DNA from: a virus
Lineage: Duplodnaviria; Caudoviricetes
Reading direction: 5' to 3' (one strand)
Virus record (IMG/VR): IMGVR_UViG_3300018423_000047
Coordinates: 1 to 28,456 of that record
DNA: 28,456 nucleotides
Shown piece by piece: positions 15,874-23,340 of the stretch. Under the pieces are notes generated by a model. It made no database searches. It saw only the letters and a program-made list of their open reading frames with translations, and was not told the DNA's origin. Made by a program: the position numbers and the translations under genes. Numbering within the stretch: position 1 is the stretch's first letter; each line of letters begins with the position of its first letter.

Positions 15874-16230
15874 CTACTCCTCGTATGGGCTAGTGCCACA
15901 GCATGAAGGCCAAGCCGCCTTCAGTTCAGTGATGGTTGTTGCGCTGTCACCAGCAGTAGGCGCATCACGCAACGCCTGTTTGTCGGCTACAATCTGCGCC
16001 GTATCTGCATTTGCCTCTAGTGCTTTCATGTAGTCAGCATCCAAAGCCTCAAGCAATGGCGCTCTAGCTTCACGCACTTTGTCAGCAAAAATAGCTTTAG
16101 CCGCAGTCAAATCCTCAGAAATGACCGTGCCATCCAAAGCCCAAGCATTGCGAAAGTGCCTACCGCTTGGCACCGTTGCGTTGGCGGCATCAATCTCATT
16201 GCCGTCTTTATCTACGATATGTGTTATCAT
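15874..16230 (-). CDS. Tail fibre assembly-like protein
   Basis: ATG 16230 in an ATGA overlap. VREARAPLLEALD...KQALRDAP...WP resembles phage tail assembly chaperone domains. Confidence 0.7.
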   Translation of the reverse strand: MITHIVDKDGNEIDAANATVPSGRHFRNAWALDGTVISEDLTAAKAIFADKVREARAPLLEALDADYMKALEANADTAQIVADKQALRDAPTAGDSATTITELKAAWPSCCGTSPYEE

Positions 16231-16646
16231 GCCGCTATTCTCCAAGCGTTTCGGAACTCTCTGTCTGGCAGTTGTTTACGTTTGCAAATCTTCATCTTGA
16301 CGCTGTTGCTAGTCTCATAGTTACGCCAGATATGTTGTGGCACATCCTTCATAATCAAATACAACAGGGCTTCACGTTCTGTCTTTGGCCCTTCTCTTGG
16401 CGTGTCGTGCAACAGATAGCCTCTAGTGTGCCGGTTGAAATCAGGTTGTGCCTCATCTTTTGCCAGTTCCCAATAAACCCAGACAGGCGGGAATACACCA
16501 CCAGCCATTAGCGCAGACATAGCGTGTGGGTCAGGGTGCATAACAGCACAGCAGTCCATATCAACGTCCTCATACACAACAGCATACTCTGTCTGGTGTG
16601 GTTGAAGGCTTTGCTTTGCCTTTGTTATGCGGCCAAGCAAGTGCAT
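16227..16646 (-). CDS. Tail-associated hypothetical protein
   Basis: 139 aa, TAATG coupling; T..EA..YLIMKDVP and LPDREFRNAW motifs. Confidence 0.7.
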   Translation of the reverse strand: MHLLGRITKAKQSLQPHQTEYAVVYEDVDMDCCAVMHPDPHAMSALMAGGVFPPVWVYWELAKDEAQPDFNRHTRGYLLHDTPREGPKTEREALLYLIMKDVPQHIWRNYETSNSVKMKICKRKQLPDREFRNAWRIAA

Positions 16647-16975
16647 TAGATGTCACCGTGGGTTATTATCTGTATGCTTTCCCAATCTCCAAGCCCTCCT
16701 GTGGGGGAATAGCAAGACCTAGTTCTTATATAACTTGAACTTAGTGCGCTTACGCCAGAGACATTTCTATTGTAGTTTGTCGACTGGTTTTGATTTGCCA
16801 GCCCACTTGATGAATGGAGGGCGTTTGAGAAGTTAGTCGAAAAGTTTACGCTAAAATCTCCTGTGCCGTGGTCTGTCAGTGAAGATGTATTAAAGCTATC
16901 TCTAAATGCGGATGTGCCGCCATTTATATTTGCCCACGAGCCAGCCGCATGATGGTTAGGTCCAAAGCTAGACAT
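16646..16975 (-). CDS. Small tail-fibre-tip-like protein
   Basis: SWANING...RDSFNTSSLTDHGTGDFSVNF matches the 'AW.NF.G....RDS.N.SS.TD.GTG.Y.VNF' motif recalled from phage fibre C-termini. TAATG-coupled to the fibre gene. Confidence 0.7.
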   Translation of the reverse strand: MSSFGPNHHAAGSWANINGGTSAFRDSFNTSSLTDHGTGDFSVNFSTNFSNALHSSSGLANQNQSTNYNRNVSGVSALSSSYIRTRSCYSPTGGLGDWESIQIITHGDI

Positions 16976-19900
16976 TATTTAGCCTCCATATCAGCAATAC
17001 GCTGTTCCAGTTGTTCAATCTTACGATGTGCATCCTGCAACGCAGACACCAATATCGGCGTAATGCGTCCGTAGTCCATAGACATCATCGCATCTTCATC
17101 ATCGCCAGCAGCCACGGCCTCTGGCATTACCTCTTGCATCTCTTGTGCAATAAAGCCCATAGAACGTGGGCCGTCAGGGTCAGCCTTCCAGTTGTACGAC
17201 ACTGGGTTCATCGCCATCAGCTTGTCGGTAGCGACTAGCGGTTCGATGTTTTCCTTGAGGCGTAGGTCGGAGGTGGTGTTGTAGGTGGTGCCGGATGTGG
17301 TGATGCTTATTATTCCAACCGTAGCCCCAGCTTTACTAAACGCCAAAACAGTACCGTCTGTACCCTCACGGTTCATATTTGAACAGCTGTCGCTGGTATT
17401 TGATAAGTACAGTTTGTTGTTTGAGTTTAGTTCCACTCCATCTGAGCGATAGTTTGCAGATGTTTTGCCGTGCAAGAAATTCCCTGACGAATCCAGCCTC
17501 GCCCTTTCGCTAGGGCTACCTGACCCTGTGTAAAATCGCAATGCGCCATTTTCAGCTTCAAGGTTGAGGTTGTTTGGGCTTTCAATCGCATTATTTACAC
17601 GGATGTCGCCTTCAACGTGTAGCTTATCACTAGGACTCGCAGTGCCGATGCCCACCGAGCCATCCGATGTGATGCGGACTTTTTCAGCCAGTGTTCCATT
17701 GTTAATTGTAGCAAACGTAATTCTTGTGTCTTCCGAAGCGGGAGTGCCATCTTCCAACGTAGTGTCGATGTAGCTTATTTTTGTTGTGCCGTAGTAAGCC
17801 GCAAGGTTGATACCGCCGCCGCCGCCAACAGAATTGTCAACGCCAAAAAAGCCGTAGTTAGCTGTCGGTGTCATCACTGCGAGACGCCCATAACTGGAGG
17901 GACTCGTAGTTCCCAGCCCAAGCCGCTGTGTCGAGGCATCCCAGTAGAAACCTTGCGTGGTGCCTGTTGAATCATACAGTGCCACATCGTTAGAGTTATC
18001 AATAAGAAGTGATGTTTTGCTCTGGTTTATAAATTTAGTCTGACCGCTCGAATTGTTTGCTATAGTAAGTTCATCGGTTGTCACAGAACCTTGCACATAA
18101 AAGTTAGAAAAGCCTATTTGTAACTTTGATGTAAACGCGTCAGGATATGTAAGTAGTAATTGTCTGTAACCGTCTGTGCTTATAGTCAACCCATCCGCAG
18201 TCAGCACTCCGGTGATGACCGCGCCAGTGGCACTGGTGGCGAGTTTTTCTGAGCCATCGTAATAAAGTTTTACATCTGCGTTTTCATTAAACAAAGCAAC
18301 ATATTCTGTATGTCCAGTGTTTGTAATTGCAACACTATCAGCTTCTAATCTTAGCTGACCTGTCCCAGCATCTTGAATGTAACTATTAGCATTTGCACTA
18401 TCGTGATAAATCTGCAAGTCAGACCCAGCACCAAAAACGGCCTTGTCGTTGTCGCCGAAATTGATGTCGCCTGTCATCGTGCCGCCAGTTGTGGGCAAGA
18501 AGCCAGAGCCAGCCGTTACACCCTGCTCCCAAGCAGCACCAGTGTACACCTTCAACGTGTCTGTGGTGGTATTGTAGAACAAATCACCTTCATCGTTGTC
18601 CACTGTTGGGTCAGATGCGCCAATACGATACTTGTCAGCAAAGTCGTTGACCGATGAGATGTTAGTCGCAACGGTGTTGACATTAGAGATTGAACCGCCA
18701 ACTGAGTTTACGTTTGCAATGTTGGTAGCCACAGTGCCGATGGTGTCAGTGCCAGTAAGGTTAGTGGCTACCGTACCAATGTCAGTCGCATCTGCTGCGA
18801 CAGCCGTCACATCAGAACTAATCCCCGCAACTGTCGTAACATTGCCGCTAATCCCAGCAACGGTTGTCACGTTGCCTGAGATGCCAGCGACAGTGTTAAC
18901 ATTGCTGATTGCGCCAGCTACTGTGCCGATGTCAGTGCCATCAGCCGCAACCGTAGTAACATCGCCGCTGATGCCAGCAACCGTAGTCACGTTGCCAGAG
19001 ATCCCGGCCACGGTTGTGACGTTTGCGCTGATACCAGCAACCGTTGTGACGTTGGCGTTATTGCCAGCCACGGTGTTGACGTTGGCAATGTTGGTGCCAA
19101 CCGTATCGACATTGGCGATGCTGGCCGCAACCGTCTCAATCTCCGATACCGCCTCATTGAGATCGTTGGCTACCGTCTCAACCTCGGACACCGCTTCATT
19201 CAGATCGTTGGCAACAGCAACAACCTCACTGATGTTGCCAGCCACTGTGTTGACAGACGCAATGTTGGTGGCAACGGTTCCGATGTCAGTGGCATCGCCA
19301 GCAACAGCCGTCACATCCGCTTGGATGCCAGCCACTGTGCTGACGTTTGATGCGATGCCAGCGACTGTCGTGACGTTGGCTGAGATCCCGGCCACTGTCT
19401 GAATGGCATCAGTCGCATCGGTGCCGTCCTCGATGTCTGCCAGCGTAGCAATATCGGTGGCGATGTCAGCCAACGCCGTCACATCGGTGCTGTCAGGCCC
19501 GGCCTCTGGGTTGCCGGTGGTGCTGTTAAACTGGAGGTACTTACCAGCACGCGCCGCCTTGGCAGGCAGTGTCATGTCCAGCGTGCCGCCATCAGCCACA
19601 AGGGCCGGGTCGTAAACAGGCGCACGCAGCGTCCTGGCATTCTCTTCGGCAAGCTGCTGATCAAAGATGGTGAGCGCATCAAGCTGCTCATTGAGGCTGG
19701 ATGCCAGCAGATCACCCGCTGTCACAAAGTCGGTTACGCGCTCGATGTCGCGTGCGCCAACGATGATGATGCTGTCAGACGCAGTTGGCGTTGATGGTAC
19801 AGAACTGCCGGTCACAATCGTCACTGAGCCGGTGCCATTGGCGTTGATCGTCACAGTGTAGTCTGTGGTCAGCGTCAGCAGCGTGGTGTTGAAATACACC

Positions 19901-20010
19901 GCAACATCGTTCTCGTCCAACACCTCAAACGTGAAGGCGTATGGCCCAAGCCCGGCTGAACCAGTGAACACGACCCGGCGCGTGATTGCATTAATGTTGT
20001 AGTCAGCCAT
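16975..20010 (-). CDS. Tail fibre protein with T7 gp17-like N-terminal anchor and C-terminal intramolecular chaperone (peptidase S74)
   Basis: N-terminal YAFTFEV.DE.DV.VY...LTTDYTV...LNEQLDALT; NVTTVAGI repeats; GIGTASPSDKLHVEG repeats; TSDLRLKENI autocleavage motif, GFIAQE, MDYGRITPILV.ALQ. Confidence 0.93.
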   Translation of the reverse strand: MADYNINAITRRVVFTGSAGLGPYAFTFEVLDENDVAVYFNTTLLTLTTDYTVTINANGTGSVTIVTGSSVPSTPTASDSIIIVGARDIERVTDFVTAGDLLASSLNEQLDALTIFDQQLAEENARTLRAPVYDPALVADGGTLDMTLPAKAARAGKYLQFNSTTGNPEAGPDSTDVTALADIATDIATLADIEDGTDATDAIQTVAGISANVTTVAGIASNVSTVAGIQADVTAVAGDATDIGTVATNIASVNTVAGNISEVVAVANDLNEAVSEVETVANDLNEAVSEIETVAASIANVDTVGTNIANVNTVAGNNANVTTVAGISANVTTVAGISGNVTTVAGISGDVTTVAADGTDIGTVAGAISNVNTVAGISGNVTTVAGISGNVTTVAGISSDVTAVAADATDIGTVATNLTGTDTIGTVATNIANVNSVGGSISNVNTVATNISSVNDFADKYRIGASDPTVDNDEGDLFYNTTTDTLKVYTGAAWEQGVTAGSGFLPTTGGTMTGDINFGDNDKAVFGAGSDLQIYHDSANANSYIQDAGTGQLRLEADSVAITNTGHTEYVALFNENADVKLYYDGSEKLATSATGAVITGVLTADGLTISTDGYRQLLLTYPDAFTSKLQIGFSNFYVQGSVTTDELTIANNSSGQTKFINQSKTSLLIDNSNDVALYDSTGTTQGFYWDASTQRLGLGTTSPSSYGRLAVMTPTANYGFFGVDNSVGGGGGINLAAYYGTTKISYIDTTLEDGTPASEDTRITFATINNGTLAEKVRITSDGSVGIGTASPSDKLHVEGDIRVNNAIESPNNLNLEAENGALRFYTGSGSPSERARLDSSGNFLHGKTSANYRSDGVELNSNNKLYLSNTSDSCSNMNREGTDGTVLAFSKAGATVGIISITTSGTTYNTTSDLRLKENIEPLVATDKLMAMNPVSYNWKADPDGPRSMGFIAQEMQEVMPEAVAAGDDEDAMMSMDYGRITPILVSALQDAHRKIEQLEQRIADMEAK
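18650..19460 (-). repeat. Degenerate coding tandem repeats (mostly 30 nt / 10 aa, plus 42 nt / 14 aa) in the fibre shaft
   Basis: Many (N/D)V(T/N/S)TVA(G/T)(I/N)(S/I)(A/G) units, ANDLNEAVSE(V/I)ETV twice, and D(A/G)TDIGTVA three times. Confidence 0.9.
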
Positions 20011-20064
20011 CTCTGTGCCTCATTTTGTTGTGTGCATTATACACTAATCCAAGATCCCTTGTAA
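20011..20064 (-). promoter_or_regulatory. Possible sigma70-type promoter and RBS upstream of the tail fibre gene
   Basis: Perfect TATAAT at 20041-20036, a weak -35 (TTACAA) 17 nt upstream, and a GAGG RBS before ATG 20010. Confidence 0.4.
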
Positions 20065-23000
20065 GGTGGGTTTAGCTGGAGCCGCCAGCCTTGGGTATCT
20101 CTTTTTGTTTTTTGCAATTGCCAGCATTTCGGCAAATGCAGGGAACTCAATCCGCATATCATCGAGGCCATAATCCGACAGATCTTCTGGCGTCAGTGAA
20201 TACTCATATCTTCCGGGGTTCATCGGATCTTCTTGGATAGCCCCAAACATTCGCGCCTTTGCAATCTTGCGGTATTGGCCAACTATGTTAGCGACCATTG
20301 AACGCATGTCGCCTATAGGCACATCACTGCCATATATGCCTTCCACTTTGTACTCTTCCATCATTTCGCCCATAGTTGACTTGATGTTCTCTTCGAGGCT
20401 CATGCCATCAATCATAATTTGTTTTGAGTACAATTCAGCAAACCGCTTTTTAATATCTGATGGTATTTTGACGCCATCAATGGCGCGTGGCACTTCTGGC
20501 GGCGAGTATTGAATAGCATCCAAAAACTCAAGCACCTCATTGCTCTCACCCTTTGATACGGTGAGCGGGATCCAAGCAGAGTTTTCTGACATGCCGATTT
20601 CATTGCCCCACTTGTCCAGCTTCGCCGGCAACCCGGTCGAATAGTATGGGATGCGAGAGCGCCATCTATTCATAGCCTCACCAAAGCCAGCCAATGCCGG
20701 ATGATACTCATCACCCACGCCGACATCTCTGACGGTCGGATCAATGGCCCTCTCAATGCGCGATGCCATCGTGCTGTTACTCATGCCGGCAATCGGGATG
20801 GCATTGATGTAAAAGCTGGAATACCGCTTCACAAAAGCATTCCATATTTTCATGCCACGATCGCCGGCTGTCTCTTGCCTGTATCCGGCAATTGCCATCA
20901 TCTCAGAGAATGTTTGCATTGTCGGTATAGATGTGGCGTATTCAGAAACACCAGCCATACCAGCGCTAAATGCAGTGTCAAACATTGTGTTATCTGGATC
21001 GTAGCCGTCATACTTAACTGCATCAGCAATAGCAGCGCCCATCAAAAAGGGCATGTTTGCCGGCTCAAGGCGATTGAGCGGGATAAAGTAGCTGTCGCCA
21101 AAGTCCTCGCCAGTGCCGTCACCAAAATTTTCCTCGCCGATGATTTCTCTAAGCTGCGACACAAGATCGGATGGAACCTCATCCTTTCCAACCCGGAGCG
21201 AGAACTCGCGCCAGCCCCTGCTTTTCAAATCGTTTCTCTGGCCTGTGTCGCCGGGGCCAGCGCCTGTGACCCTGCCCCGCCCTGCTACCTCATAGCCTGC
21301 CCATATCATAGCGCCACCAAGCGCAAGCCGGCTAATAGCTAGATCACGATGACGCCCACCCTTTTGCCAGTCACTCCAAAAACGCGCAGACAACAACGCA
21401 AGCGGCCCAGATCTAGCCGCGCCCTCATTGGCAATGTTTGTTAAGGTTTTGGAAAACGGCGCAAGCGGCTTGATGTACCATTTGTTCATCAGTTTGTTTG
21501 CGCCGGCATAGATGCCAGCCATAGGCAGTTCTCTGTCGAGATCGTCCTGCAACGTGGCTTGCTTGCGCCAAGCCTGAACAGACGCCTCGACATCTGCCGG
21601 GCGCTCAGACAATAATTTTTGCACGGCACGTTGGCCAGCTTCTATAGCTTGCGCGTGAGCCGTTTTTTCTTCTGCGCCGCGTGCGATCAGATCTGCAAAT
21701 GTTTGGTCAAACACCTCACCGCCAAGACGCGCAGCCTCTTCATGCAACTGCACCCGCTGGGCAACCCCGGCAAAAAACTCATCGGCGGCACCAAGCGCTC
21801 TAAATGGCAGGCTGTAAACAAGCCCCATCCCATTAAATGCTTTGCCAAGTGCGGTGTCTGTAAGATCAGGGAACTCCCTAATTTGCTTGGTGAACGGTAT
21901 TCTGTAAGGCGCACCCGCCCAATATTCTGCACGCAGCGGATCGCGTGGCGCATCCTTCGCCGCGCCAGCCTCCACAAACTTGCGGCCCATCATGCCCCAA
22001 CCATCGACCAATCCATTGCGAATGCCAGACAGCCGCGCATAGATATCTGCACCATAGTATTGATCTGGGTTGGCCTTACCAACAAGCGCCTCAAGCCCCT
22101 TTCGCAAAGGCGCTACAGCAACTGCGCCCATACGTTCAGGCACATCTAAGAACTGCATCAGTGCGTTGCCGGCGGCGTTGTACATATGGGTGGTGTAATC
22201 GTTCAGCATGACCGACTGCGCCATATAGACCATAGATTCATAAGCCTTGCGCCTGACGCTGTTACGCAGCAAAGCGTTGCGTGCGGCCTTGCTGTTTGTG
22301 CTGTTGTATGTCTCAGCCAGCAAACGCAGTTGATCGTCACCACCAAGGTTATCAAGCGCGGCACGCATTTCATTGATGCTCACACCAGCGCGTTGGCCTT
22401 GGATCCCCTTAAACACATTCATTGAACGCGCTATGTCAGTTTTTGCGCCAGCAAGTTCTGCCATTATAACATTGTGCTGCGCAATAGCTTCCCGGGCCTC
22501 TAGCTTGCCGGCATCGTCAAGTTCATTTCTTGCCGCCAGCCGCAAATACTCATCAACCCTTTCCGCGCTTGCCCTTTCAAGCAAAACGAGGCCGGCCATA
22601 CGCTGGTTGAGTTGATCATTGCCAATGGGGGTGGACATTGGCTGGCCACCAAATATAGCGTCCAAATTTTCTTTTGGAGTGCCAGCCTCTATGGCAGCAT
22701 CGTAAATCTCGCCAATAGTTCTTGGCTTTATTGCAATGAGTGCGCCGTCATCCACGGCTTTTGCTGTGGCTTGTATTGTAGCCGCCAGACCATCATCATC
22801 ATAAAAGCGGGTGTTGACCGGGCCTTTAACCAGCCCAGCCTCTAGTTGCGCCGCTGATGGCGATGGCACCTCACGCGGTGTGCCTATCTCAGCCTCTCTA
22901 GCCGCAGCCAATGTTTCAAGTTCTGCCTCACTGACAGGCGCTGGTTTGACAGGTTGCGGTGCTTCAGCTTCTGGCGCTAACTCGATGCGGGGGCCAAGCG

Positions 23001-23196
23001 GCATTTCACCAACTGCTGGCGCTTCAACCGCCTCAACCACTTTGGATCTTGGTGAGATCCGCGCACCGGGCTTGGTCAAAGGCTGGATTAATTCACGAGT
23101 GACGCCCCTAGATAACTTGGAAACAACGCTTGCTGGTTGAATACCATCTTCTTGGTCGGCCATATCTGGAACAGGAATGTCTCTAGGAGTTGCCAT
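20044..23196 (-). CDS. Large internal virion (ejection) protein, T7 gp16-like position
   Basis: 1050 aa, helical and Ala-rich, directly upstream of the tail fibre. RALGAADEFF, PFSKTLTNI, GRVTGAGP and RLEP motifs are typical of podoviral internal virion proteins. Confidence 0.8.
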   Translation of the reverse strand: MATPRDIPVPDMADQEDGIQPASVVSKLSRGVTRELIQPLTKPGARISPRSKVVEAVEAPAVGEMPLGPRIELAPEAEAPQPVKPAPVSEAELETLAAAREAEIGTPREVPSPSAAQLEAGLVKGPVNTRFYDDDGLAATIQATAKAVDDGALIAIKPRTIGEIYDAAIEAGTPKENLDAIFGGQPMSTPIGNDQLNQRMAGLVLLERASAERVDEYLRLAARNELDDAGKLEAREAIAQHNVIMAELAGAKTDIARSMNVFKGIQGQRAGVSINEMRAALDNLGGDDQLRLLAETYNSTNSKAARNALLRNSVRRKAYESMVYMAQSVMLNDYTTHMYNAAGNALMQFLDVPERMGAVAVAPLRKGLEALVGKANPDQYYGADIYARLSGIRNGLVDGWGMMGRKFVEAGAAKDAPRDPLRAEYWAGAPYRIPFTKQIREFPDLTDTALGKAFNGMGLVYSLPFRALGAADEFFAGVAQRVQLHEEAARLGGEVFDQTFADLIARGAEEKTAHAQAIEAGQRAVQKLLSERPADVEASVQAWRKQATLQDDLDRELPMAGIYAGANKLMNKWYIKPLAPFSKTLTNIANEGAARSGPLALLSARFWSDWQKGGRHRDLAISRLALGGAMIWAGYEVAGRGRVTGAGPGDTGQRNDLKSRGWREFSLRVGKDEVPSDLVSQLREIIGEENFGDGTGEDFGDSYFIPLNRLEPANMPFLMGAAIADAVKYDGYDPDNTMFDTAFSAGMAGVSEYATSIPTMQTFSEMMAIAGYRQETAGDRGMKIWNAFVKRYSSFYINAIPIAGMSNSTMASRIERAIDPTVRDVGVGDEYHPALAGFGEAMNRWRSRIPYYSTGLPAKLDKWGNEIGMSENSAWIPLTVSKGESNEVLEFLDAIQYSPPEVPRAIDGVKIPSDIKKRFAELYSKQIMIDGMSLEENIKSTMGEMMEEYKVEGIYGSDVPIGDMRSMVANIVGQYRKIAKARMFGAIQEDPMNPGRYEYSLTPEDLSDYGLDDMRIEFPAFAEMLAIAKNKKRYPRLAAPAKPTLQGILD

Positions 23197-23199
23197 TGT

Positions 23200-23340
23200 T
23201 TATTCCTCTGGCTGATCTGCCTCTTTTGGCTCTGCTTGCATCGGCATTTGTTCGCGGCTGTCATACAAAGCCGCAACTAATGCCATTACATTATTCGATT
23301 TTTGTTCCGGCTGCTCTGATGAGTTCGTCAAGTTTTCCAC
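23200..23340 (-). CDS. Unannotated small acidic protein (46 aa)
   Basis: GTG at 23340 with AAGGAG 6 nt upstream. MENLTNSSEQPEQKSNNVMALVAALYDSREQMPMQAEPKEADQPEE. Fills the gap between two large genes; its TAA is 3 nt before the next ATG. Confidence 0.6.
   Translation of the reverse strand: MENLTNSSEQPEQKSNNVMALVAALYDSREQMPMQAEPKEADQPEE

Noticed and set aside
16646-18420. Diversity-generating retroelement acting on the fibre
   Set aside because: No reverse transcriptase and no template/variable repeat pair visible in the window.
18650-19460. Regular ~30-nt periodicity resembling a CRISPR array
   Set aside because: The repeats are in-frame, degenerate at third codon positions, have no unique spacers, and no cas genes are present.
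18596-19615. Long plus-strand ORFs (268 aa and 70 aa) with PATVVT repeats
   Set aside because: Antisense shadows of the tail fibre repeats; no RBS or operon context.
10587-20010. Gin/Cin-type tail fibre inversion system
   Set aside because: The recombinase is several kb from the fibre gene, no inverted alternative fibre end is present, and I saw no flanking inverted repeats. A computed inverted-repeat search would be needed to exclude it fully.
23197-23340. Programmed frameshift or readthrough fusing the 833-aa and 1050-aa proteins
   Set aside because: It would need both a frameshift and readthrough of TAA at 23200-23202. The small ORF has its own RBS, and the 1050-aa gene has a GAGG RBS, so separate genes are simpler.
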